Shown here piece by piece: positions 21,681 to 31,251 of a DNA stretch of 60,221 nt. Positions within the stretch are counted from its first letter, which is position 1; every line of letters begins with the position of its first letter. The notes below the pieces were generated by a model that had not been told where the DNA came from, did no database searches, and worked only from the letters and a program-made list of their open reading frames with translations. The stretch comes from Chitinophaga pinensis. Its GTDB lineage: Bacteria > Bacteroidota > Bacteroidia > Cytophagales > Spirosomataceae. Position numbers and translations under genes: made by a program. The stretch lies in contig CALRLN020000001.1 in assembly GCA_943368675.1 (NCBI GenBank), forward strand, positions 1 through 60,221. Direction: 5' to 3'.

Positions 21681-21815
21681 TCAGAAAATACTAAAATTTT
21701 ATGCCAGAGTAAATAGTAAACCTCTTAACGGCTACAGAAGTTCTAAATAATAACGAATATTTTTGAAATAATTATCACAGCAGTTATAAGTGGCTAGCTA
21801 TCAAGACATCCGAAT

Positions 21816-22415
21816 TTATTTCATATCAGCCAGTTTGGCTAAATCAATATCATCAATTGTAGCTTTGATTTTATCCATAGACACATTATTACCTTTAACA
21901 CTCACTACAAAGCGATTGGCAAGAAGCACAGCAAGTTCTCCGTCTTTGCTATCATTATTATACTTTTCAAAGGCCTTGTGTTCTTTATATTTTGTTGTTT
22001 TTTCGTAGCCCGAATCATTTTCTTTATCTACATCTACCATTGCCCAGGCGGCCATGCCCATAATAGCACCTGTTCCGGCCACATCAACGATACTTACTTC
22101 AATAGAACTGTCACCCTCGCGGTATCGGGCATTAGCAGTAGATACCTGAAAGCCCATTGCGCCTGTTTTCTCGCTTGATGCTTCCTTACGGGGCAATCCA
22201 TCGGCATCAGTAGGCAATAGTTCTTTTAGAAGTTTGGCATCTACTACCTCTTTGGGACCGTCTTTTGATAGTTTCTCAGCTTCATCTGCCAGGTTTTGTA
22301 GTGCTTCTAACCCGGTTTTTGGTGTTTCTTTTTTTTCTTCCTCTTTTTTACCGCCGCAATTTGACAGCAAAAAAGTAGAGGCCAGCAGGCAGGCCAGTAG
22401 GTGGGCAGTTTTCAT
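21816..22415 (-). CDS. Putative lipoprotein
   Basis: Lipobox LLSNC followed by a charged linker. Confidence 0.8.
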   Translation of the reverse strand: MKTAHLLACLLASTFLLSNCGGKKEEEKKETPKTGLEALQNLADEAEKLSKDGPKEVVDAKLLKELLPTDADGLPRKEASSEKTGAMGFQVSTANARYREGDSSIEVSIVDVAGTGAIMGMAAWAMVDVDKENDSGYEKTTKYKEHKAFEKYNNDSKDGELAVLLANRFVVSVKGNNVSMDKIKATIDDIDLAKLADMK

Positions 22416-22532
22416 GTTTTAGTATTTTTAAAGGGTAAAACTTCAAGAAATATAGATACTTTTTCAAAAACAAAAAATGATTTGTCATATTTTAATTCTG
22501 CCTGCTACCTTTGATTCTTTATTACTCAATCA

Positions 22533-23351
22533 ATGCTTACTTTCCCAAACGCTAAAATAAATATAGGGCTTAATATTGTGGAAAAAAGACCCGATGGATT
22601 CCACAATATTGAATCGGTTTTTTATCCTGTCAACTGGTGTGATGCCTTAGAAATTGTACCTGCCCGAGAATTTCATTTCCAGAGTTCCGGTTTGTCTATT
22701 CCCGGCAATACAGATCATAATCTTTGTATAAAAGCTTATCACTTATTACGCAACAGCCAGCCCGGAATGACCAGAGCATCCGTACATTTTCATCTGCATA
22801 AAGTAATACCTATGGGGGCAGGCCTTGGAGGCGGCTCAGCAGATGGCGCTTTTACATTGAAAATACTCAATGAAATTTTTGAATTAGGCCTCAGCATTCC
22901 CGAATTACAGCATTACGCCCGTCAGTTAGGATCTGACTGTGCTTTTTTTATTGAAAACCGTCCGGTATTTTGTTTCAATAAAGGCGACGAATTCGAAGAT
23001 TTTTCGCTAAATTTAAAAGGTCGGTATATCGTTTTAGTGAATCCGGGCATTCATATCTCAACGGCTGAAGCTTATGCCGGAATAGAACCACAAAAAGCGG
23101 CAACCCCTCTGAAAGAAGCATTGAAACTACCACTCAATAAATGGGAAGGGCTTGTTAAAAACGATTTTGAAGAAAATTTGTTATCCAGATATCCGCCTAT
23201 TGCAGAAACAAAAAAAGCGCTGTATGACCACGGCGCACTCTATGCCTCTATGACAGGCTCCGGTTCTACTGTTTATGGCATTTTTGAGACAGAAAAAGAT
23301 TTAAAAACACAATTTCCGGACTTTACACTCTGGCAGGGTTATTTAGACTGA
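22533..23351 (+). CDS. ispE: 4-diphosphocytidyl-2-C-methyl-D-erythritol kinase
   Basis: AKINIGL, PMGAGLGGGSAD, GSDC and MTGSGS motifs. Confidence 0.97.
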   Translation: MLTFPNAKINIGLNIVEKRPDGFHNIESVFYPVNWCDALEIVPAREFHFQSSGLSIPGNTDHNLCIKAYHLLRNSQPGMTRASVHFHLHKVIPMGAGLGGGSADGAFTLKILNEIFELGLSIPELQHYARQLGSDCAFFIENRPVFCFNKGDEFEDFSLNLKGRYIVLVNPGIHISTAEAYAGIEPQKAATPLKEALKLPLNKWEGLVKNDFEENLLSRYPPIAETKKALYDHGALYASMTGSGSTVYGIFETEKDLKTQFPDFTLWQGYLD

Positions 23352-23369
23352 TAGAAATCACCAAAGAGA

Positions 23370-23978
23370 ATGTTGAAACATTTAACAAAACGACGTGAAC
23401 CACTTGCATTCATGCTTTATCTGGGCATTGTAGGCAGTAGTCTGTTGTTTTTTTTTATCGTTCTCGTTTTTATTACTAAAGAATTCAGTAATCAGCAGAT
23501 CACTTTAAAAATACCGGGTGTATTCTGGGCAAGTACGTGGATCATTATAACAAGTAGCTCAACCCTGCATTGGGCCAACAAGGCTTTCAGAGAGGAAAGA
23601 TTCCGAAGCTATCGCCTCAATATCAGCCTCACGCTATTATGTGGTGTCGGCTTCATGGTTTTACAGGCGATAGGCTGGCGGCAGATGATTCTGGGTGGTA
23701 TTACCATGAGCAATAATACAGGCGGAATGTTTATTTACATTCTATCAGGGTTGCATTTAGTTCATGCTTTAGGAGGTATCATTGCTTTAGGAGTAGCTAA
23801 CAGAGATGCCTTTAACCGAATGGAATATATAGAATCTTATGTATATAGTGTCAATCCACCGAATCAGTTAAAGCTCAGACTAATAAGTATTTACTGGCAT
23901 TTTATTGATGCTTTATGGGTACTCTTATTTATCTTTTTACTATACCATGCTTCACAAAACCCGGGGAATAGTCATTAA
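23370..23978 (+). CDS. Heme-copper oxidase subunit III family protein
   Basis: Five TM helices with GLHLVHAL and YWHFIDALW motifs. Confidence 0.85.
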   Translation: MLKHLTKRREPLAFMLYLGIVGSSLLFFFIVLVFITKEFSNQQITLKIPGVFWASTWIIITSSSTLHWANKAFREERFRSYRLNISLTLLCGVGFMVLQAIGWRQMILGGITMSNNTGGMFIYILSGLHLVHALGGIIALGVANRDAFNRMEYIESYVYSVNPPNQLKLRLISIYWHFIDALWVLLFIFLLYHASQNPGNSH

Positions 23979-24636
23979 TTATATTCGTTATCGTGAAACG
24001 TCTATTATTGCCAAAATCTATACCGAAAAGTTTGGGATACAGTCATATATAGAAAACGGGGTGAGGAGTAGTAAAGGTAAAAACAGAATTGCGCTTTTTC
24101 AGCCGCTTAGTTTATCAGATCTGGTATTATACCATGATGATAAAAAAGAGATTCATCGCATCTCTGAAATCAAATCAGCCTATCCGTTTAAAACCCTGCC
24201 TTATGATGTGTATAAATCAAGCATTGCCATGTTTTTAGACGAGGTACTAAACAAGACGCTGAAAGAAAGTAATGAGAATCCTGTATTATTTGATTTCCTT
24301 TATCATTCATTGATCTTTTTAGATCAGACCGAGCAACATTTCGAAAATTTTCACCTTATTTTTCTATTAAAATATGCATTTTTCCTGGGCTTCTCACCCC
24401 ATGATGCCAATGAGATTCTGACACAATTCCGTGAAGCCAATATCTTTATTCCATTTGATTCAGGCTACACAACCCTGATGAATCATCTGATTACAGCCGA
24501 CTATCAAACTGCTATTCCTATGAGCCGTGGAGCAAGAAACCATTTATTAGAGGCCATCATTCTATTCTATCAATTGCATGTTGAAGATTTCGGTGACCTA
24601 AAATCCTTACAGGTCTTACGCGAAGTTTTGAGCTAA
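23947..24636 (+). CDS. recO: DNA repair protein RecO
   Basis: ATG 23947 gives MLHKTRGIVINYIRYRETSIIAKIYTEKFG (OB-fold start); C-terminal KSLQVLREV. Confidence 0.93.
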   Translation: MLHKTRGIVINYIRYRETSIIAKIYTEKFGIQSYIENGVRSSKGKNRIALFQPLSLSDLVLYHDDKKEIHRISEIKSAYPFKTLPYDVYKSSIAMFLDEVLNKTLKESNENPVLFDFLYHSLIFLDQTEQHFENFHLIFLLKYAFFLGFSPHDANEILTQFREANIFIPFDSGYTTLMNHLITADYQTAIPMSRGARNHLLEAIILFYQLHVEDFGDLKSLQVLREVLS

Positions 24637-24742
24637 TGTACTGAATATCCCATCCTGCCCAAATACCATCAAAAGTTCTTTGCCACTGGTACTAAGTTTC
24701 AGAATTCTTCTATATTTATCTATGTATCATTGACTATACTGC

Positions 24743-25036
24743 TCACTTAGAAAGCATAATAAAACAAAAAAATATAAAAGCTACGTCAATCAGTGGAATA
24801 AGCGCAATTTTAAATGACAAAGAATAATTACTCGAAAAAAATTTAATCCAGGCAAAAATCTGTGTGATTAAGATTATAACAGGCAGTAAAAATGTGGCCC
24901 CCAGAAGTATCCAGAGGAGTGAATTTTTTTCTGAGCCTGGAGCATCAAACATCATTGGCGACATCATTGCCATCATCACTGTTGGAATCAGGGCAAGTAC
25001 CCAAAGAATGTTATTAATCAAGGCGATAATTTTCAT
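24743..25036 (-). CDS. Small membrane protein (about 3 TM helices)
   Basis: ATG 25036, MSPMMFDAPGS loop between hydrophobic helices. Confidence 0.7.
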   Translation of the reverse strand: MKIIALINNILWVLALIPTVMMAMMSPMMFDAPGSEKNSLLWILLGATFLLPVIILITQIFAWIKFFSSNYSLSFKIALIPLIDVAFIFFCFIMLSK

Positions 25037-25299
25037 AAATAAATAGAGATAAAGGTTTACTCTGTTATGGGTTAAAAATGACACTAAAATTATTGTTTGT
25101 CAAGTGTTTGTATAAGTAATCCCAGAAAAACAAGAACTAATGATTTCAGGAATAAAGATTTGATGCAATATTCATTCTCTGCTTCAATCAGATTTAAAAA
25201 TGTAAGCAGTTCTCCACCGTCTAATCAATTCAATAAAGACGTATTGTTTTCTAAACTTAAAATCTTCAATTTTGTTTTCCTATAAGTTTGTCAGTATCT

Positions 25300-28200
25300 A
25301 TGAAAAAATCTTTACTATTTCTTATACTTTCTTTAAGCTTTCTCCCTTTTGCTATACAGGCGCAGCAAATTAACTTTACACCTCCTCCTGCGCAGGCAAA
25401 ATTAAAACTTGGCCTGGCGCAGATTGCTAATTTAGCTACTAACAATCAACTGATTGACGCTGGTTCGGTACGCAATTATGATTTGTTCCGTTTTAAAGAT
25501 GCCAATAAGATAGTATTGGTTGATATAATAGCCAAAACAGAAGTAAATGCCTTGCAGAAAGAACTTAGCCTTGCGGCCGTAGAAATAATAGGCTATTCTA
25601 AAAAAAGAGTGACCTGCTGGGTAGAAACAGACAAGATTACCAGCCTGATTGGAACATCAAGAAATATTTCATGGATACAGCCTGTTATAAAGCCTCTTAA
25701 TAATTCAGGCCCGGTTATGTCACAGGGTGATTCTGCCCAGCGTTCGGATATAGTCAGACAAATGACAGGGCTAAACGGAACAGGAGTAAAAATAGGTGTT
25801 TTATCTGATAGTTATAACCTTTTAGGAGGTGCAACCGCTGGCGTAAGTGCCGGAGAGCTACCAGGTACCGGAAACCCTGATGGATTTACAACTCCCGTAA
25901 CTGTTTTGAGTGAATCATTAAGCGGAGGAAACGACGAAGGCAGAGCCATGTTAGAAATTATACACGATGTAGCGCCGGGCGCGCAGTTGTATTATTATTC
26001 TGCCTATAATGGTGAAGCTGACTTTGCCAATGGTATCAAAGCTCTGGCTGCGGCTGGCTGTAAAATTATTGTTGATGATATTACCTACCTCCTTGAACCA
26101 TTTTTTCAGGATGGTATCATTGCTCAGGCTGTTGATGAAGTTACAGCCAATTATGGTGTATCTTATTACTCATCGGCGGGCAATTCTATTAATAATTCTT
26201 ATGAAGCCCCCTATAAAGCATCCACATTTAAGCCTTTTGTTAATAGTAATGAAACCGCACACAATTTCGGAACAGAAGAAACTCCGGTTTACTTATTACC
26301 GATTCAGGTAATAGGGAGTATGACCATGACTTTAGAGTGGGACGACCCTTATTTCAGTACAGGTAATGGCTCTGCCGGGGCAACCTCAGACCTCGACATT
26401 TATCTATTAATACAAAATGGCAATAGTTATCAGATAATTGCTTCCAGCAATGATAGCAATATAGGTGCGGATCCTGCCGAGATATTTGGAGCGAATGGCG
26501 CAGGAACTGCCTATGTGTTGATTACTAAAATTGCAGGAACTAATCCCCGGAATATCAAATTTATTGGTTTTCGAGGCTTAAGCTGGGCAATTACACCTAC
26601 CAGCATTGCAGGCATTAAAGCCTCTACTATCATCGGCCACCACAATGCTACCAGTACGATATCCGTAGGAGCTGCCAGTTATGACCAGACCCCGGCTTAT
26701 GGAGTTAATCCACCTTTGCCTGAATCTTATACTTCGCGCGGAGGTACACCTATTTATCGTTCTATCTCGGGGGACCTTCTTCCTGTTCCCATTATCAGGC
26801 AAAAGCCCGAAATAGTTGCTCCTGATAATGCCAATACGTCCTTTTTCGTTGCCGGGTATGATTATGAAAACGATGGAGTCCCTAATTTCAGCGGTACGTC
26901 CGCCGCTGCTCCGCACGTAGCCGCAGTAGCAGGCCTGATGCTACAGGGCAATCCTACCCTTACTCCGGGTGCAATCAAAGCCGCGCTGATAAATTCAACT
27001 GTGGATATGGACGACCCTTCAACTCCCGGCTTCGATACAGGTTTTGACTATGCCACAGGTAATGGATTAATCAGGGCAGATGCTGCCGTTTTAAGCACCT
27101 TAGACCCCAACTGCCCTACTGTGAGTGTGACAATTACCCGACCAACCACTTTTTGTGAGGGTGATTCGGTAATATTTGATGCCAACGTCTCTCCGGGCTA
27201 TACTTTTCAATGGAAACGAAACAATACTGATTTACAAGGGGAAACACAGGCAAGGTTAATCGCCAGACAATCGGGTATGTATTCGGTAGCCATTACCAAT
27301 CTTAGTTGCACATTATCCTCTACTGTAATCAGGGTTGTTTCAAAATTAGGTGTACCTGCACCGACCACCGTCAGCCGGAGCATTAGCCAGGGATCAACGA
27401 TATCCACCGGAAACGGGCTGCAAGCCGGCAGCAATTGCCATCCGCAACAAACTGCCACTTATGCGGGCCCGACCATAGGGTATGATAACGGCAATAAAAG
27501 TGGTGCTGATCCGACAGTAACCGTTTCAGGATTAAATGGAACTATAGCACTTACACGGGTATCAATCACATGGAGGAAAAGAAGCGGTGGTACAATTAAT
27601 GATTGCGGAACAACCGGAGGTAATGTTAATCCTTTCAACGATGAGGTGTCTTTTAGAATAGTGGCTCCGGATAATACCACCATTAGTCTGCTCAATGCCA
27701 ATACTTATGCTTTTTATGGAAGCTATGCAGGCACAGTCACTACCGTATTTGAAGATGGAGGCAGTACCGTAGGAACAATACCTGCTTCAGGCACTTTTAG
27801 CCCTGCTCAGAGTCTGGCTTTACTGGATGGTAAAACACCTAACGGGACATGGAAACTCATAGCCAATGATGATGCCCCCGCAGACCCCCTTTGTGTGGAG
27901 AGTTTTTCTGTAACCGTTTATACCAATGGTACCGGAACTGCAAGCAGCATTACCTGGTGGAACAGCCCCACAGCCGGAACACAAGTTGGAACAGGTAGCG
28001 AGTATATTCCAACTGATACTGCTCCCGGTACCTATACCTACTATGCCGAGGCAACCTGCGCAGGCAGCGGGCTTAGTTGCCAGACAAGTATCAGAGTACC
28101 TGCTACATTGACCATTGTACCAGGTTGTGTAACACAGGCCGGAAGCGTAAGCGGTGACGCCAATGTATGCGCCGGAAGCAATAACGGCACCTTAACTTTG

Positions 28201-29511
28201 GCAGGACATACAGGTACTGTGCTAAGATGGGAGTCGTCAACAGATAACTTTACTACTTTAAACACACTCAATAATACCACTACTTCACAGAATTACTCAG
28301 GGCTTACACAAAATACCCAGTTCAGGGCAGTAGTAAAAAATGGTTCGTGCATAGAAGCAAATGCTACTCCTGCTACTATCACTGTTATCTTTGTTAATGC
28401 CACTGCAAGTAATACTGGTCCCTATGAGGTGGGACAAGCTATCCAACTCATAGCCTCGGGAGGTAGTTCTTATAACTGGTCAGGTCCTGATAGTTTTAGT
28501 AGCAATGATAATCCGGTTGCCATTAATAATGCTACTTTGTCAATGGCTGGCACCTATACTGTTACCGTTACGCAAGGCAATTGTACGGCCACCGCAACCA
28601 CTTTTGTATCGGTAAACGATATTAACCCCTGTAGCAAAGTAGTAGATTTTGATTATGTACTGGCTGGTAGCCCTTTCGATTATAAGTTTCCTTTAATGAA
28701 TAACATGGTGATTGCACAGGTGCCAGAAGAAACCTCTATTGTACTCAACCCTATTTGTCCGTCTGTTACGATTGAGAGTTTCAGAATAGTACTGCAAGGC
28801 CCTGCTCCTTTTCAGAATCATGAGACTATCGAAAATGTACCTATTTATGCGCTATTTAATAATACCGGAAACAACGTTTTAGGGCGTCATTTACCTGTCG
28901 GAAATTATACCCTTACCACAACAGGCTATAACCAGGATAATGCTCAGGGAAGCATTACTTATGGTCCGGTAGTTATTAATTTCATTATCGTGGCCAGTAA
29001 TGCAACAATAGCCACGCCAACCTTCAATATCAATTCGCTTTGCGCCGGAGGTAGCAATACTTTCAATGTCAATTTTGCTACCACAGGTACATTTGCTTCG
29101 GGTAATCAGTTCGAGGTACAATTATCAGATTTATACAGTTCATTCGATAATCCGGTGGTAATAGGTACATCTAATACAGCAGGCAATGTAGCCTGTACTA
29201 TACCTGCCAATGTGATAGCAGGCAACCAGTATAAAATCAGGGTAGTTTCTACTAATCCCACTATCAATGGTAATTCTAATGGAACTACCATCAGTATTAC
29301 CTCAAGTATGCTGACATTAGTAAGCCCGGCTGATGATTATACCGGAGCTATACTTATTAAGAAAGCCGGACAGACCATCAATGCCACTAATAAGATATAT
29401 ACACCATCAAATATCAGCTATGAAGCAGGAAATGCGATTATTTTAGGGACCGGTTTTCAGGTAGATAATAATGCAGTTTTTAAAGCAGAGATAAAAAGTT
29501 GCTATAATTGA
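25300..29511 (+). CDS. Large secreted S8/S53-like serine peptidase with P-domain and Ig-like repeats
   Basis: Signal peptide, IGVLSDS, DEGRAM, SSAGN, GTSAAAPHVA; P-domain-like NGTWKLIAND; several Cys/Thr-rich Ig-like domains. Confidence 0.9.
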   Translation: MKKSLLFLILSLSFLPFAIQAQQINFTPPPAQAKLKLGLAQIANLATNNQLIDAGSVRNYDLFRFKDANKIVLVDIIAKTEVNALQKELSLAAVEIIGYSKKRVTCWVETDKITSLIGTSRNISWIQPVIKPLNNSGPVMSQGDSAQRSDIVRQMTGLNGTGVKIGVLSDSYNLLGGATAGVSAGELPGTGNPDGFTTPVTVLSESLSGGNDEGRAMLEIIHDVAPGAQLYYYSAYNGEADFANGIKALAAAGCKIIVDDITYLLEPFFQDGIIAQAVDEVTANYGVSYYSSAGNSINNSYEAPYKASTFKPFVNSNETAHNFGTEETPVYLLPIQVIGSMTMTLEWDDPYFSTGNGSAGATSDLDIYLLIQNGNSYQIIASSNDSNIGADPAEIFGANGAGTAYVLITKIAGTNPRNIKFIGFRGLSWAITPTSIAGIKASTIIGHHNATSTISVGAASYDQTPAYGVNPPLPESYTSRGGTPIYRSISGDLLPVPIIRQKPEIVAPDNANTSFFVAGYDYENDGVPNFSGTSAAAPHVAAVAGLMLQGNPTLTPGAIKAALINSTVDMDDPSTPGFDTGFDYATGNGLIRADAAVLSTLDPNCPTVSVTITRPTTFCEGDSVIFDANVSPGYTFQWKRNNTDLQGETQARLIARQSGMYSVAITNLSCTLSSTVIRVVSKLGVPAPTTVSRSISQGSTISTGNGLQAGSNCHPQQTATYAGPTIGYDNGNKSGADPTVTVSGLNGTIALTRVSITWRKRSGGTINDCGTTGGNVNPFNDEVSFRIVAPDNTTISLLNANTYAFYGSYAGTVTTVFEDGGSTVGTIPASGTFSPAQSLALLDGKTPNGTWKLIANDDAPADPLCVESFSVTVYTNGTGTASSITWWNSPTAGTQVGTGSEYIPTDTAPGTYTYYAEATCAGSGLSCQTSIRVPATLTIVPGCVTQAGSVSGDANVCAGSNNGTLTLAGHTGTVLRWESSTDNFTTLNTLNNTTTSQNYSGLTQNTQFRAVVKNGSCIEANATPATITVIFVNATASNTGPYEVGQAIQLIASGGSSYNWSGPDSFSSNDNPVAINNATLSMAGTYTVTVTQGNCTATATTFVSVNDINPCSKVVDFDYVLAGSPFDYKFPLMNNMVIAQVPEETSIVLNPICPSVTIESFRIVLQGPAPFQNHETIENVPIYALFNNTGNNVLGRHLPVGNYTLTTTGYNQDNAQGSITYGPVVINFIIVASNATIATPTFNINSLCAGGSNTFNVNFATTGTFASGNQFEVQLSDLYSSFDNPVVIGTSNTAGNVACTIPANVIAGNQYKIRVVSTNPTINGNSNGTTISITSSMLTLVSPADDYTGAILIKKAGQTINATNKIYTPSNISYEAGNAIILGTGFQVDNNAVFKAEIKSCYN

Positions 29512-29549
29512 TGAATAAAAACTATTATTTTGTTAAATACTCTTTTTTT

Positions 29550-29573
29550 TTTGATTAAATATTTTTAATTTTG
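29550..29573 (+). promoter_or_regulatory. Bacteroidota primary-sigma promoter of rpmE2
   Basis: TAATTTTG (-7 element) at 29566-29573 with TTTG upstream. Confidence 0.6.
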
Positions 29574-29615
29574 CAGCCCGTTTTAGCGATTTTTAGTTTC
29601 AATACAAATAAAGCA

Positions 29616-29861
29616 ATGAAAAAAGATATTCATCCAAATTATAGACCAGTTGTTTTCTGGGATTTGTCGTCGGATTATAAATTTTTAACACGCTCATGTG
29701 TTAATACCAAAGAAAATATTGTTTGGGAAGATGGCAATGAATACCCTGTTTACAAAGTGGAGGTTAGCTCAAACTCTCACCCATTCTATACTGGTAAAAA
29801 TGTATTGCTTGATACAGCCGGACGTGTTGATAAATTCAACAAACGTTATGGTAAAAAATAA
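29616..29861 (+). CDS. rpmE2: 50S ribosomal protein L31 type B
   Basis: [14 protein letters not shown]...SHPFYTGK...[10 protein letters not shown]; no CxxC zinc motifs. Confidence 0.96.
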   Translation: MKKDIHPNYRPVVFWDLSSDYKFLTRSCVNTKENIVWEDGNEYPVYKVEVSSNSHPFYTGKNVLLDTAGRVDKFNKRYGKK

Positions 29862-29880
29862 TTATCAGACTTACTTACTG

Positions 29881-29916
29881 AAAAGGTCTTTTAGAACATT
29901 CTAAGAGACCTTTTTT
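29881..29916 (+). terminator. Intrinsic terminator
   Basis: AAAAGGTCTTTTAGAA/TTCTAAGAGACCTTTTTT stem-loop after rpmE2. Confidence 0.75.
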
Positions 29917-30034
29917 GTTTTTGTTAATTACTGAATATTTCCCGACAATCCAAAAAAGTACAGGTTGTTTGGAGCTTGCTTAGTGTAATTTAGATATTTT
30001 TGTAGAGAATAGTATTGCTAACATTGCACAAAAC

Positions 30035-31105
30035 ATGAACATCAGGCAGGAGTTAATGTTTTTCTTTAGTGGCTTAGGCGTTTTCAACGGTCTGGTCATA
30101 GCTGCCTATTTTCTGTTTTTCAAGAAAGTCCGCACTTTCGCCAGTATCATGCTTGGCTTATTGTTATTATGCCTGAGCGTAAGAGTAGGCAAATCAGTAT
30201 TTCTGGTTTTTAAACCCGGCCTGGCTAAGATTTACCTGCAAATCGGCTTATCGGCCTGCTTCTTTATAGGCCCTACTCTCTTTTATTTAATTAAGGCTAT
30301 CCGCGAGCAAATCATTGAAATACCTGCTTACTGGATAAAGAACTTTGCATTACATCTGGCTATAATTGTCTCTGTAGGTGTGCTGTTTACCTACGAAGAG
30401 TATCCCGATTTCTGGGGTCCATACATGGTTAAATTCATTTACACGCAATGGTTCTTATATACATTTGCCACCGGATTGAAAATTCGGGATGTGTTTACAA
30501 AAGTTTTTAAGAGGCATGAAACGCTGAACTTATCTGAACGGTTTCAATTATTGTTGTTTTTGGGTAACACTATCATTTTAATCAGCTATCTTCTCTCTCT
30601 TCTTAATATTTTCGATGGGTTTTATATAAGCGGGCCTCTTTCTTTTACTTTTATTCTCTACATCAGTATTCTGTTTTTATTAAGAAGAGAAAAGATGGAA
30701 ACCTTTATATTTGCCGCACAAGACAGGTATGCTAACAAGAAAATAGCAGATGAACAGGCAACAGCCTTAGTGCAGAAACTGGAAAGACTATTACTGGAAC
30801 AAGCCTTGTATAAAGATCCGAATCTTAAACTGAATGATTTATCGAAAAAAATCAATATTTCAGGGCATCAGTTATCCCAATTACTGAATGATAATTTAGG
30901 TAAAAGCTTCTCAACTTTTATTAATGAATACCGTATCAATGAAGCCTGCAAAATGATTATTGAGCAGCCGAATCTGACCCTCGAAGCGATAGGATATGAG
31001 GTGGGCTTTAACTCAAAATCTACTTTTTATACAACTTTTAAAAAGTTAAAGCACACTACACCCATGATTTATAAAGAAAAGGCTGAAAAACCGATTAATC
31101 TGTAA
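30035..31105 (+). CDS. Membrane-anchored AraC-family transcriptional regulator
   Basis: Multiple N-terminal TM helices and C-terminal HTH (EAIGYEVGFNSKSTFYTTFKK). Confidence 0.92.
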   Translation: MNIRQELMFFFSGLGVFNGLVIAAYFLFFKKVRTFASIMLGLLLLCLSVRVGKSVFLVFKPGLAKIYLQIGLSACFFIGPTLFYLIKAIREQIIEIPAYWIKNFALHLAIIVSVGVLFTYEEYPDFWGPYMVKFIYTQWFLYTFATGLKIRDVFTKVFKRHETLNLSERFQLLLFLGNTIILISYLLSLLNIFDGFYISGPLSFTFILYISILFLLRREKMETFIFAAQDRYANKKIADEQATALVQKLERLLLEQALYKDPNLKLNDLSKKINISGHQLSQLLNDNLGKSFSTFINEYRINEACKMIIEQPNLTLEAIGYEVGFNSKSTFYTTFKKLKHTTPMIYKEKAEKPINL

Positions 31106-31162
31106 ATCATTGATTATTAACAAATTGCAACCCTATATCAGCCTTCAAAAGTCTGGTTTTAT

Positions 31163-31223
31163 AATTCCGAACTCCTGAATCTTAAATTCTGAACTTTGCT
31201 TCATTCTTCAAAAATTACATTTG
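31163..31223 (+). promoter_or_regulatory. Tandem direct repeat (probable AraC operator) plus promoter
   Basis: AATTCCGAACT at 31163 and AATTCTGAACT at 31185 (22-bp period); TACATTTG at 31216-31223. Confidence 0.55.
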
Positions 31224-31251
31224 ACAAATTTTTGTTTAAATGTACATCCTC

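Noticed and set aside
21681-21815. TPP riboswitch upstream of thiN
   Set aside because: No CTGAGA...ACCTG...GGGA core and little room.
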